Shown here: piece by piece, positions 39,932 through 49,883 of the stretch | How the letters are laid out: each line of letters starts with the position of its first letter | Numbering within the stretch: position 1 is the stretch's first letter | Source of the DNA: an uncultured delta proteobacterium | GTDB lineage: Bacteria; Desulfobacterota; Desulfuromonadia; Desulfuromonadales; BM103 | Assembly: GCA_963715335.1 (NCBI GenBank) | Contig: CAVQRZ010000014.1 | Location: 128,001 to 192,000 of the forward strand | Direction: 5' to 3' | DNA length: 64,000 bases | Translations under genes and position numbers: made by a program | Notes under the pieces: model-generated | Databases searched by the model: none | Seen by the model: the letters and a program-made list of their open reading frames with translations, nothing else | Told to the model about the DNA's origin: nothing

Positions 39932-41479
39932 TTGTCAAAACAACCCGTGAAGCATGACGTAATCATCGTTGGCGCCGGGCCGGTCGGTTTGACAATCGCC
40001 AACCTCCTGGGCCTCTACGGTGTCCGGACTCTTGTCCTGGAGAAAGAACTCCTGGCCCCGGACGCGCCCCGCGCGGTGTCTCTCGATGACGAGAGCCTGC
40101 GTATCTGGCAGCAGTGCGGGTTGCTCAAGGAGATGACCCCCTTTATCGCTGAGGGCGAGGAAGGGGATTTGGTCTTCACCTATCGCACCCGGTCCGGGCG
40201 GGCGATCTTCAGCATGGCCCAGCGCGGCCGTCCCTATGGCTATGCCCGGGGCAACGTGTTCCTGTTCCATCGCGTTCTGGAAGTGTTGAGGGCAGGAATC
40301 GAGCGCTTTGCCCATGTCGAACTTCGCACCGGCTGGTCTGCCCGAAGCTGCAGCCAGGATGAAGGGTGTGTCCAACTGGCTGCGCGTGATCAGGACGGGG
40401 CGTTGCAGAACCTCACCGCAAGCTACCTGGTCGGCTGCGATGGTGGCCGCAGCACGGTTCGGAACGCCCTGAACATACCGATGCAGGGCTCCGCCTATGC
40501 CGAGGCCTGGCTGATCGTCGACACCTTCACCCCCGATCTCGCTGAACAGCCGGTTCGGCAAGGTGTCGAAGTCTGGTGCGACAAACGATGCCCGACGGCA
40601 AGTATCCCGTTGCCCGGCGGCTATCGGCGCTGGGAATTCCTGTTACGCGAAGATTTGAGTGCTGCGGGTTGCCTAGATGATGACCGGATCCGGTCGCTTA
40701 TAGAGCAGCGCACACCTCTCGGTCATGCCAGGATCGTGCGCCACCTGGTGCACACCTACAAAGGGAGCGTGGCGGAACGTTACGGCGTGGGCCGTGTCTT
40801 CCTGGCTGGCGACGCTGCCCATCTTTCCCCGCCATTTGCCGGACAGGGTCTGGCCACAGGTTTGCGGGATGCGGTTAATCTATGCTGGAAGCTTGCGTAT
40901 GTGCTGCGCGGCGTGGCGTCCCCTGATCTGCTGCACAGTTATCAACGGGAACGTCGGCCACATCAGCTCACGATGCTCCGGTTGGCCAGGCGGATGGGGA
41001 AGATGATGATGCCAAGAACCCGTCTCCAGGAAGTTATGGTCGTTGCCCTGTTTGCCTTGGCCGGTCGTTTCAGATGGTTAAGGCAATCGATGGAGATTCG
41101 GGGGGCGAATGTCACCCCGGTCTACGCCGAACGGGGAAAGGTGAAAAGCGGAAAGACCGGGCACTACCTGATTCAGCCAGGGGTTGGAAACCATGGGTTG
41201 CTCGATGATCTGCTCGGCCTGAATTACGCTGTGGTCAGCTTTGACAGGCCAGCGCAAGAGGCCTTAAGTGCCCAGGAGTTGCAGTCCTGGCAGCGTTGCG
41301 GAGCCACATTCGTTTGGCTGCGGCCCGAGGGTCAAACCGCTGAGGCTTTCCTGGCCTTCCAAGACTGGCTTGGCGATTGTCGATGCCGCCTGCTGATCGT
41401 CAGGCCGGACCGCTTTGTCAGTGATGATCGTGTCCTGCCCGAGCTGGCAGCTGATACAAGTCTGGAGCTGTCGGCCTGA
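39932..41479 (+). CDS. Group A FAD-dependent aromatic monooxygenase (MhpA-like)
   Basis: GAGPVG, PRAVSLDDE, VGCDGGRS, RWEF, LAGDAAH..PFAGQG, SYQRER, IVRPDRFV. Confidence 0.9.
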   Translation: MSKQPVKHDVIIVGAGPVGLTIANLLGLYGVRTLVLEKELLAPDAPRAVSLDDESLRIWQQCGLLKEMTPFIAEGEEGDLVFTYRTRSGRAIFSMAQRGRPYGYARGNVFLFHRVLEVLRAGIERFAHVELRTGWSARSCSQDEGCVQLAARDQDGALQNLTASYLVGCDGGRSTVRNALNIPMQGSAYAEAWLIVDTFTPDLAEQPVRQGVEVWCDKRCPTASIPLPGGYRRWEFLLREDLSAAGCLDDDRIRSLIEQRTPLGHARIVRHLVHTYKGSVAERYGVGRVFLAGDAAHLSPPFAGQGLATGLRDAVNLCWKLAYVLRGVASPDLLHSYQRERRPHQLTMLRLARRMGKMMMPRTRLQEVMVVALFALAGRFRWLRQSMEIRGANVTPVYAERGKVKSGKTGHYLIQPGVGNHGLLDDLLGLNYAVVSFDRPAQEALSAQELQSWQRCGATFVWLRPEGQTAEAFLAFQDWLGDCRCRLLIVRPDRFVSDDRVLPELAADTSLELSA

Positions 41480-41488
41480 CTGTTGAGG

Positions 41489-42112
41489 TCAGGGTTTGTC
41501 CGCTGCGCGTGGCAGCCGCTCACTTTTGTGGGTTAAAACCCTGCCCAGCCCGAGCAGACCGACCACGGTGAAAAAGACTCCTCGCCATTTCACCGGTTGT
41601 TTCCCTTCACTCAGAAAGATCACATCTTCGGCTACGTCGAGGCCTGTCTGCTGGGCCAGTTTCAGAAGTTTCTGCTGGTTCCCTCTGACGATGAGGCCAG
41701 CAACCAGCATACCGGTGATCTCGCGCTGCCCTTTGAATGTCCCCGCATGCTTTTGACGGAAGGCCTGTTTCTCCGGGATCGTATCGGTGAAGAAATGGTA
41801 GTCCTTGAAGAGTTGCAGAAGTTCGGGGTCGCGGGTTTCCACCATGACCCGGATCCGTTCCTGGTCGGGATGGGGCACGAGGGGGACCAGGAGGGCTTCC
41901 ATTGCTACGGAGCCGGAAGTCGAGATCGCCCGGTCCAGGTCCAGGTAGCCGGCTGCTACGCTCAGCCATTCCTGCGGCGCGCCGCTGTCCTCCAGTTGGC
42001 TGATCGTGACTGGTTGTGGCGACTGGTTGTTGAACCAGAGCAGCAGGTCGTTGCCACCGAGATAGAGCAGGACCAGGCAGATGGCGATCAGGGTGAATCG
42101 AAAACGTTTCAT
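41489..42112 (-). CDS. Hypothetical membrane protein (N- and C-terminal TM segments)
   Basis: 207-aa ORF with hydrophobic ends, co-oriented with and downstream of actP. Confidence 0.7.
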   Translation of the reverse strand: MKRFRFTLIAICLVLLYLGGNDLLLWFNNQSPQPVTISQLEDSGAPQEWLSVAAGYLDLDRAISTSGSVAMEALLVPLVPHPDQERIRVMVETRDPELLQLFKDYHFFTDTIPEKQAFRQKHAGTFKGQREITGMLVAGLIVRGNQQKLLKLAQQTGLDVAEDVIFLSEGKQPVKWRGVFFTVVGLLGLGRVLTHKSERLPRAADKP

Positions 42113-42149
42113 ATGTTAGTTCCGAAGTTGGGATGTCCCCGCCAAACAC

Positions 42150-42186
42150 AAAGAGAGGGGCTGCCGGAGCAGCCCCTCCACTCTTT
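42150..42186 (-). terminator. Terminator hairpin downstream of actP
   Basis: GAGGGGCTGC-CGGA-GCAGCCCCTC, a perfect 10-bp stem. Confidence 0.75.
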
Positions 42187-42213
42187 ACAATGTTTCTATC
42201 AATGATGCAAGGA

Positions 42214-44145
42214 TCAGGCTTCTGCGCCTTCCTCGATCATGGCCCCCTTCTTCTGGGTAACCAGGGAAACGAGAACCAGGGCGATGAAGCTGGCCGGGAT
42301 CGAGATGGCGGCCGGACTGTTGAAGGCAACCGGTGCGTCCTGCGGCAGCAGACCGTATCGGACCCACATGTCCGGCGAGACCAGGATCAGGCCGAGAGAA
42401 GATGTCAGACCGATCAGAATTGACGCAGCGACGCCCTGGGCCGTGGTCTTCTTCCAGAACAGGATCATCAGGATCGCCGGCAGGTTCGCCGATGCGGCGA
42501 CTGCGAAGGCCCATCCGACCAGGAAGGAAACATTCATCCCTTCGAAGATGATGCCGAGGTAGATAGCGATAGCACCGATGACCATGGCCGAAATCTTTCC
42601 GGCCCTGACTTTGCCTTGCTCGGTCATGTTCATGCCGAAGAAGTTGTCCATCAGGTCGTGTGCTACCGCGCCGGCCGATGCGACAATCAGTCCGGATACG
42701 GTGCCGAGCACCGTAGCGAAGGCCAGTGACGAAATGACTGCGAAAAGGACGACCCCGAAGGAGAGGGCCAGCAACGGTGCCGACATGTTGTTGTCGGTGA
42801 TGTTGATGACGCCGTTGGTCATCGCGCCGAGACCGAGGTACAGGGTCAGGATGTAGAAGAAACCGATTGCGGCGATGCCGACGATGGTCGATTTACGCGC
42901 AGCCGCCTGGCTCGGAACCGTGTAGTAGCGGATCAGGATGTGAGGCAGCGCTGCAGTCCCGCAGAACAGGGCGAGCATCAGCGAGATGAAGTTGAATTTT
43001 TCCAGGCCGGTTGCGTTGTCGACCTTGAACTTCAGGCCGGGGCGCAGGATGCGGCTGCCGGGAGTTGGCTTCTGATAGTAGATGGTGGTCGTGGCATCAC
43101 CAACCTTGACGTACTTTTTGCCCCAGAGCACCACGGTGCTCTCCTTGAAGCGATTCAGAAACTCCAGCGGGCCGACCGCACCGGTCTGGGCAATTTCCTT
43201 GCCGTCGACTTTGATTTCCTTGATGTGACCGACCGCATAAAACTTGCCGTCCTCTTTGGGTGCACCGTTGAACAGCTTGGTGCCATCGGCCAGTTCGGTC
43301 GTGTAAAGGGCCTCGGCCAGTTCGAAGCCGCCAGCCGGGTTTTCCTTGAGGTGCCAGACGGTTTCGTTGCCGTCCTTGGCCAGCTTGACGAAGCCGGCTT
43401 TACCGAATTCGGAGTCAAGCCCGTCAACCACAGCATAGCCTGGCACTTGCAGCTCACCGTTGGCGACAACGGCCTGCAGGTCCTGGAACTTGTGGTACTC
43501 CTTGGTGCCGCCCTGATTGGGCTCGGTGCCCAGGCCACGGAACAGCACCAGGCCGACGACGATGGTTGAGCAGATCAGGAGCAGTGCGCCCTTGAAGAAC
43601 TGCACGTAGGTGGTTGAGGCCATGCCGGCCGTCGCAACGATGATCGTTACCACCACACCGACAATGCAGACGCCGACCCAGTGCGGCATGCCGAGCAGAG
43701 GCTGAACCAGGACGCCGGCGCCGACCATCTGCGGGATCAGGTAGAAGACCGAGATGGCCAGAGTTGAAATCGCAGCCATGAGCTGGATCGCTTTGGAGTT
43801 GAACTTGGAGTCGAGAGCGTCGGTGAAGGTGTACTTGCCAAGGCGCTTCATCGGTTCGGCGACCAGGAAGAGGGCGACCATCCAGCCGGCCAGGTAGCCG
43901 ATCGAATACATCCAGCCGTCGAAACCGGCGGTTGCGATCATGCCGCAAATACCGAGGAAGGATGCTGCCGAGAGGTAGTCGCCAGCGAAGGCAATGCCGT
44001 TGGTGAACCAGTGGATGTTGCCGCCGGCGGCGTAGTAGCCGGCAGCCGAGGTGGTTCGGCGTGCCAGGTAGAACGACAGGCCGAGGACAAACAGGACAAA
44101 CATGACGAACAGGCCGATGGCCAGAGGTGATTGTGTGTATATCAT
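42214..44145 (-). CDS. actP: Cation/acetate symporter (SSS family) with a large soluble loop
   Basis: YYAAGG, AGDYLSAASFLG, YLIPQMVGAG, GTAALPHILIRYYTVP, AFAVAASAN. Confidence 0.92.
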   Translation of the reverse strand: MIYTQSPLAIGLFVMFVLFVLGLSFYLARRTTSAAGYYAAGGNIHWFTNGIAFAGDYLSAASFLGICGMIATAGFDGWMYSIGYLAGWMVALFLVAEPMKRLGKYTFTDALDSKFNSKAIQLMAAISTLAISVFYLIPQMVGAGVLVQPLLGMPHWVGVCIVGVVVTIIVATAGMASTTYVQFFKGALLLICSTIVVGLVLFRGLGTEPNQGGTKEYHKFQDLQAVVANGELQVPGYAVVDGLDSEFGKAGFVKLAKDGNETVWHLKENPAGGFELAEALYTTELADGTKLFNGAPKEDGKFYAVGHIKEIKVDGKEIAQTGAVGPLEFLNRFKESTVVLWGKKYVKVGDATTTIYYQKPTPGSRILRPGLKFKVDNATGLEKFNFISLMLALFCGTAALPHILIRYYTVPSQAAARKSTIVGIAAIGFFYILTLYLGLGAMTNGVINITDNNMSAPLLALSFGVVLFAVISSLAFATVLGTVSGLIVASAGAVAHDLMDNFFGMNMTEQGKVRAGKISAMVIGAIAIYLGIIFEGMNVSFLVGWAFAVAASANLPAILMILFWKKTTAQGVAASILIGLTSSLGLILVSPDMWVRYGLLPQDAPVAFNSPAAISIPASFIALVLVSLVTQKKGAMIEEGAEA

Positions 44146-44160
44146 GGTGGTTTCCCCCTA

Positions 44161-44424
44161 TCAGTTCAGGCGCGCTTCAGCGGCGGTACAGAAGTGGTTG
44201 TAGATGATCGCCAGCACGAATGCAAAGATGATCAGGAAGAAGCCGTAGAGCACGGCGAGGGTCTGGCCGAAATAGACTTTTTCCATCAATGCCGGGTAGG
44301 CGGCGTTGATGACGACAAAGCCGAAGTAGGTCAGAGTGTAGACGATGAACATCGTAACGCCGAGTCTGGTCTTGTACCCGGCGGCGTTGTCCTTGCCGAG
44401 TTTTGCTGCTGGTCCGTGTCCCAT
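44161..44424 (-). CDS. DUF485 small membrane partner of ActP
   Basis: Two TMs, 87 aa, immediately upstream of actP. Confidence 0.85.
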   Translation of the reverse strand: MGHGPAAKLGKDNAAGYKTRLGVTMFIVYTLTYFGFVVINAAYPALMEKVYFGQTLAVLYGFFLIIFAFVLAIIYNHFCTAAEARLN

Positions 44425-44945
44425 GGGTAATGACTCCTTTTCCTGTGTGATTTACCTGATTTGTCTCCGAAATAACTACATCTGGCAATCATATGGCAAT
44501 AAGTTTTCGCAGCCATACAAGCTGCTCAGCATATCATAAAGCTAGGGATTCCAACTGCTTGGTCCAGGTTGAAGCTTCCAGATAAGGCCTTGGGATTGCA
44601 CAATTGTAAGAGAGAGCTAAGGGTACGTATGCGCGATAAATAACCAAATCATGGTGGTATTTTTTGCGACATGATACGTCGTTCTAAAAAGAAGTCAATA
44701 AAAAATTTCACATAAACAGGCCACTTATTGAGGGGGTTAGGATAAAGTGTGCGGAATTTCAGGAGATTTAACTTCTGTAAAAAAATAACTGATCGTGGGG
44801 ATAAAAAGACGTTTTATCTTATAGGTTAAAAGTTTATCAATATGGTTTTCGAGATAAAAAACGCTCTGTACTTTACCTAGCTTGACGGGTCAAGTTATAA
44901 GGTCAAGTCAGGGTAGCGATGTGGCTTACAGGGAAAGGTCTGCTC

Positions 44946-45131
44946 ATGATCAAATACAAAGTGGTCGAACTCTCCGTGGTGACCGATGAGTCATTGGAAG
45001 AGGTGTTGAACCAGTTGAGTGTGAAGGGATGGCATTTCGACGGTATCCAGTTTGTTGTACGCGAGGCAAGCAAAAGACCATCGATGGCCTTCGTGCTTTT
45101 TACCCGTGATATTTCAGATGAGCAGGTCTAA
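44946..45131 (+). CDS. DUF4177-like small protein
   Basis: YKVVEL...LEEVLNQL..KGW pattern. Confidence 0.7.
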   Translation: MIKYKVVELSVVTDESLEEVLNQLSVKGWHFDGIQFVVREASKRPSMAFVLFTRDISDEQV

Positions 45132-45304
45132 TCTGACCAGTTCTCTACATCTTCGTATGTGATCGTATGACGCGGGTCCGAAGACGGGGAGGCGCCGCAG
45201 CGCTGGCAGGTCGGTTCCACAGGTTCGTCTTCAACAATTTCGACGACGCTCAGTTCCAGCCGTTTACCACGACAACTGCAATACCATTTGCGATGTTGTG
45301 ACAT
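45128..45304 (-). CDS. 58-aa CxC...CxxC putative zinc-ribbon protein (not in the ORF track)
   Basis: Manual translation MSQHRKWYCSCRGKRLELSVVEIVEDEPVEPTCQRCGASPSSDPRHTITYEDVENWSD*; GGAGG RBS 5 nt upstream; the stop overlaps that of the convergent gene. Confidence 0.7.
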   Translation of the reverse strand: MSQHRKWYCSCRGKRLELSVVEIVEDEPVEPTCQRCGASPSSDPRHTITYEDVENWSD

Positions 45305-45444
45305 GGGCTCCTCCCGTTTCGATGTATGTTCCAGTTAGCAGTATGGCAGGGAATGGTGAGGATGCAATTAAATCACTGGTCAGGGCAACAGGATGGTTCA
45401 TCTGTTGCCTTTTTCTTTGTACTCTGGAATTCAAAGATAAAACA

Positions 45445-45866
45445 AAAAGCAAAACCCGGGGGTTGCGCCCCCCGACTGCGCCTTACTCTTTTGCTGGCCC
45501 AAAAGAGTAAGCAGAAAAGGGCCTGCGCTGCGCTGGGCATGTCTGGCTCGAAAAGGCGGCAACCTCAATCCGGATCGTTCTAAACGATCAAGAGCCTACG
45601 CTTCCCCCGCAGGAGCCGAGGCTCTTGAGAGCCTCTCCTGCTGTGGAGGCTTGCGTCGGTAGGGGATGTTTTGGCTTTTCCCTGTAAATCACACGGAAAG
45701 GTCAGGCCCTTTGACACAGGGCCGGATCCCCATCAGCAAAGGTTGTTGAAGTCACAGAAATCCGGCAAAGGAGATGCCCTCCGCAAGGAGAAGGCACTTT
45801 TGCATACTTTTGTTGCCGGACAAAAGTATGGCGTCGGGCGGGACGCGACCCGCCGGTTTTGCTTTT
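45445..45866. mobile_element. Non-coding MITE/REPIN-like element with about 75-80 bp imperfect terminal inverted repeats
   Basis: Ends AAAAGCAAAACCCGG and CCGGTTTTGCTTTT; each arm carries a GC hairpin and a TACT(C)TTTTG..CAAAA(GA)GTA hairpin. Confidence 0.7.
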
Positions 45867-45952
45867 AAGCATTTCAAGAACAAAGAACAAGGGCAACAGA
45901 TGAAACCCTCTGTTGCCCCTAATTTTTCTTCACTGAACCCTACGGTCAAAAA

Positions 45953-46918
45953 TCAGTAGACAAGTCCGGTTTTCTTCCGCACCTTGCGCAACGTCTTGCT
46001 CGCCGCCCAGCGGGCCTTCTCGGCGCCCCTGGCAAGAGTCGCCCGGAGACTGTCGGGGTTGGCGAGCAGTTCCTTGCGAGATTCAGCCTGCGGTGCAAAG
46101 TAATCCCGGACCGTTTCAAAGAGCTCCTGCTTGACATCGCCGAACGCCAGGCCACCGGCCTCGTATCTTTGCCTCAGGGCAGCATCACCAGCCTTGTCGA
46201 GAAAGAGACGGAAGATCTTGTAGACATTGCAGGCGTCAGGGTCTTTCGGGTCTTCGACCGGGATCGGTCCGGTGACAATGCGCATAATCTGTTTGCGCAG
46301 CGCCTTGTCCTCGGCGAACAGGTCGATGGTGTTGCCGTAGCTCTTGCTCATCTTCTGACCGTCGAGCCCGGGGACCGTGGCGACGTCGTCGTCAATTTCG
46401 GGCTCAGGCAGGGTGAAAATCTCGCCGTATTCGTTGTTGAACTTGATAGCGATGTCCCGTGCGACTTCGACGTGCTGCTTCTGGTCCTTGCCGACGGGGA
46501 CTTTTTCGCTCTGGAACAGCAGTATGTCGGCGGTCATCAGAACCGGGTAGGCGAACAGGCCATGATTGGCGGCGATCCCTTTGCCGACCTTGTCCTTGTA
46601 GCTGTGGCAGCGCTCCAGCAGGCCCATCGGCGTAAAGTTGGAAAGAATCCAGGTCAGTTCCTGGACCTCCGGCACGTCGGATTGCACCCAGAAGGTGCTC
46701 TTCTCAGGGTCCATGCCGAGCGCCAGGAAGTTGGCTGCCGCCTCGATGGTGCCGCGGGCGAGGGCCTTGCCGTCGCTGAGCGAGGTCTGGGCATGGTAGT
46801 TGGCGATGAAACAGAAAAGCTCGGACTCTTCCTGGTAGGCAATCATCTTCGACATCATGCCGAAGTAGTTGCCAAGGTGTAAAGAGCCGGAAGGTTGTAT
46901 GCCGGACAGAACGCGCAT
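45953..46918 (-). CDS. trpS: Tryptophanyl-tRNA synthetase
   Basis: SGIQPSG.LHLGNY, YPVLMTADI, VPVGKDQKQH, KMSKS. Confidence 0.97.
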   Translation of the reverse strand: MRVLSGIQPSGSLHLGNYFGMMSKMIAYQEESELFCFIANYHAQTSLSDGKALARGTIEAAANFLALGMDPEKSTFWVQSDVPEVQELTWILSNFTPMGLLERCHSYKDKVGKGIAANHGLFAYPVLMTADILLFQSEKVPVGKDQKQHVEVARDIAIKFNNEYGEIFTLPEPEIDDDVATVPGLDGQKMSKSYGNTIDLFAEDKALRKQIMRIVTGPIPVEDPKDPDACNVYKIFRLFLDKAGDAALRQRYEAGGLAFGDVKQELFETVRDYFAPQAESRKELLANPDSLRATLARGAEKARWAASKTLRKVRKKTGLVY

Positions 46919-47255
46919 GTCGATACCTCTTGAACAGTTGGTTTCTCTTTGTCCGAGGGAAACTATCAGAAATGGGAACAGAATTCAATTGGAGAGAATG
47001 CAGGTGTAACTGCTGTAAAACCGCGAGCCCCGAGGTGAAGGTCAGCAAGCGCGCCGCGGCGAGAAGGTCGGATCATTGCGTCGAGGGTCCGGTCTGGATG
47101 TCAGTTATGTCTGGGCCGGTGTGCAAACGCACATGGGAATCTCAGCGTGATTGCCCGAACAGTAAAGCGTTGCTTCGCTGAGCAGTTTGCATCATGGCCG
47201 CGTGGGTCCGCCTTGTCAGGCAGAGTTCCGCGGCCATGATGCAAACCGGTCGTGT

Positions 47256-48125
47256 CTAAAAACTGAAGGTGGTGCGGATCGTGCCGGTCTGCGTCGAGCC
47301 TTCACCATCGCTGTGGCCGAAAGCGTAGCCGGCCTTGATCTCCATCCTGTCCCACAGGGGGATGATCAGTTGCGGGACGGCCTGGACAATCTGCCGGTCG
47401 TTGAAGTCGGTGCTGTAGAGGACCTCGAAGGCGGGTTTTATGAATCCTTCCGCATTATAGACCGCCCCCCCGCTCAGGTTCAGCAGGTAGAATTCGGTCC
47501 CGTTATCACTCGGGTTGATGTCGTCAGAGTCAAAATAATAGCGACTATCCACGCTTGCCTGCAGGCGGATGTTCCGATCTGCTCTGGCATTGTCAACATT
47601 GAGACCGAGACGGGCGACACGCCCGGTGTGGTTATACACATCGTCGACGCTGGTTTCCAGCCGTGCAGACCGTGTGCCGCCACCGAAATAGATGGAAGAG
47701 TTGACAGGGTATTCGTCAGTCCTGGTGAGTTCTCTCTGCAGCACCAGGGTTGCGAAATCGTAGACGCCGCCATCGCCGTCGATGTCAACGGATTCGCCGG
47801 TCTCTATGACCTCAGCGTCACCGTCGGTATAGAAAGGATATTCGAAACGTACTTCCCAGCGCTTCTCCTGGCCGAAGGGCACGATGATTTCAGCTTTGGT
47901 CGAGTAGCCATCAAACTCGTTAGCTTCTTCCAGGGCGACATTCCTGAAGTTGTCGTAAGTGAGGTTCACCGTGATCCGTTGTACGTTGCGGGCATTCCGG
48001 GTATATATCGGCTCCAGTTCAAAAAGATTCTGCCGGGCCTTTCTCTCCCCACTGTCGGCGAGTGCGGAGGTGGCTAACAACAAGAGAATACCGATAACCA
48101 GAGAAGACACGTATTTCATTTTCAT
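47256..48125 (-). CDS. Putative outer-membrane beta-barrel protein
   Basis: Signal peptide from ATG 48125 (GGAG RBS), alternating beta-strand pattern and a C-terminal Phe (RTTFSF). Confidence 0.7.
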   Translation of the reverse strand: MKMKYVSSLVIGILLLLATSALADSGERKARQNLFELEPIYTRNARNVQRITVNLTYDNFRNVALEEANEFDGYSTKAEIIVPFGQEKRWEVRFEYPFYTDGDAEVIETGESVDIDGDGGVYDFATLVLQRELTRTDEYPVNSSIYFGGGTRSARLETSVDDVYNHTGRVARLGLNVDNARADRNIRLQASVDSRYYFDSDDINPSDNGTEFYLLNLSGGAVYNAEGFIKPAFEVLYSTDFNDRQIVQAVPQLIIPLWDRMEIKAGYAFGHSDGEGSTQTGTIRTTFSF

Positions 48126-48325
48126 AACTCCATTCCCGGGGGTTGATTTGTTTAAGTACTGAAGATGGATGAAACCAGTCAAATATCGTACAGCGTATGT
48201 CATCGGATCGACCTAGCCATCAAGCTGAACTTCTATCCGAAGTCCTCTCTATTGTCAAATTCATAAGTTTAGACGATTTCCTGCATAGACCTCGACGTGA
48301 CATCGAGCGGGCGATCGCCTGCCAC

Positions 48326-49270
48326 TCACGGATGCTTGGCGCCCTCTGGCGCATATACCGCGTCAGGGCGAGTTCCAGGCTTGCCCTCTGTCTCGTTGTT
48401 GTAGAAACGCTGAGTCGGGTAGGCGAAGTCGATGTCATCATGGGCTGCAAAGGCATCCAGGATATCTTCCCAGATTTCCTGTTCGGAGCCACGACGCCTG
48501 CGTGGTTCACAGAGATAGCGGATTGTCAGCATCACGCCGCAATCCTTGACCGTAGTGTAGACCACCGGGGTCAGTTTGGAATAAAAGATCATGAACTTCT
48601 TGGCGGCCTCCCTGAGCTTGCTGGCCGCAGAATCGCTCAGAGATGTGCCGTGCCTACGGGCAATTTCGGAAAGCAGTTGCTTCGCCTTGCGCCAGTCACT
48701 TTCGAAGGTTACCAGGACCGGGATTTCGTTCCAGATGTACTGAAACCCTTGGCTGTAGTTGGCCAGGACCTCATTGAATATCTTGCCGTTCGGGATATGG
48801 ATTACACGCCCCGTGCTCTGGTCGGAGTCAACCCAGTTGCCGATTTCCATCAGACTGAACATGAAGATTCTCTGGTCGATGACGTCGCCCCGGTCGGCAC
48901 CCAGTTGGATGCGGTCGCCGACCTTGAACGGTTGACGCCAGAGGATAAAAGCCCAACCAGCCAGGTTGACCAGAGGGGTCTGCAGGGCAATGGCCAGACC
49001 TGCGGAGAGCAGACCGAGATAAGTCGAAACGGCCTGGAAACCGGCAAACCATATCCGGCCTATGACGAGGAAGGCCAGCGGGTAGATGATGTAGGCGACG
49101 GTTTTGCGAATGCGGTACTGGACCTGGACCTCACGGTCACGCAGCAAAACGCTCATGATCAGTTTTTTGACCAACCAGAAGAAGACGATTGCAAGGATTG
49201 TGTAGAACACCCTGCTTTCGAAAAACTGTCCGCTTAAAAGATGATCTTTCAGTGAATTCAAGGTGTTCAT
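48326..49270 (-). CDS. mscS: Small-conductance mechanosensitive channel family protein
   Basis: GLAIALQ, PFKVGDRI, IHIPNG, IDFAYPT. Confidence 0.88.
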   Translation of the reverse strand: MNTLNSLKDHLLSGQFFESRVFYTILAIVFFWLVKKLIMSVLLRDREVQVQYRIRKTVAYIIYPLAFLVIGRIWFAGFQAVSTYLGLLSAGLAIALQTPLVNLAGWAFILWRQPFKVGDRIQLGADRGDVIDQRIFMFSLMEIGNWVDSDQSTGRVIHIPNGKIFNEVLANYSQGFQYIWNEIPVLVTFESDWRKAKQLLSEIARRHGTSLSDSAASKLREAAKKFMIFYSKLTPVVYTTVKDCGVMLTIRYLCEPRRRRGSEQEIWEDILDAFAAHDDIDFAYPTQRFYNNETEGKPGTRPDAVYAPEGAKHP

Positions 49271-49520
49271 GCTTTATCTGTTCCTCCAATAACCCCTTAA
49301 TACTAACGAAAAGTCAGCAGGGTGCAATGGTCAGGTGAGAAGATAATGGGGCTCTCCGTGTGAAGAGTCCTTTTATGGGCTGTGGTCGGTGGCGTTTGTC
49401 GTGAAAGTAGATATCGCGTTTGATCCATTGATGCCTAAAACCAAAACCCGCTTAACTCGGTCCATTTGCTGCAGAGGGCCCGGCCGTTGTTCATTCGTGC
49501 AATTCAAATCACGGCTGCGC

Positions 49521-49655
49521 TGCTAACAGTCTTCTTGCTGTGGCATTATATGGGAATAACCGAAAAAGTGGGTTTGGCGGTTTTCAGTTTGAGGTATATA
49601 CTTCAAGACTAATCTGTAGACTGCACCTGAGTCGCTCAGATCAAGGCCGTTAGGC
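49521..49655 (+). mobile_element. attC-like site 1 (degenerate)
   Basis: TGCTAAC-AGTCT-TCTTGCTG ... CAGATCAAGGCC-GTTAGGC. Confidence 0.5.
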
Positions 49656-49883
49656 TGCCGCGGAGGACTGTTCCCGATGTTTCACGTGTTACCGGACTAA
49701 GGTTAGCCAGTTCAACTTGCGGCCGGAAAGTGAAGAGTCGGAAGTGTCGTAGCGAGACCCAGGCACTTCGCGTTTCTGCAGATCGTCAGATGCATAAAGC
49801 TACGAAGGAAATAATCCAGCGGAGAGGCAATCTCGCACGGCATCACCTTCCCTTGTTGCGGAGGAAACTGTTTAAGGAGGCGT

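Noticed and set aside
43040..43530. Large hydrophilic insertion in ActP
   Set aside because: Extended acetate permeases of this type are, to my knowledge, usual in Geobacter-like bacteria.
46930..47250. Cys-rich 83-aa ORF and hairpins upstream of trpS (possible leader or T-box)
   Set aside because: No convincing RBS, T-box consensus or Trp-rich leader peptide.
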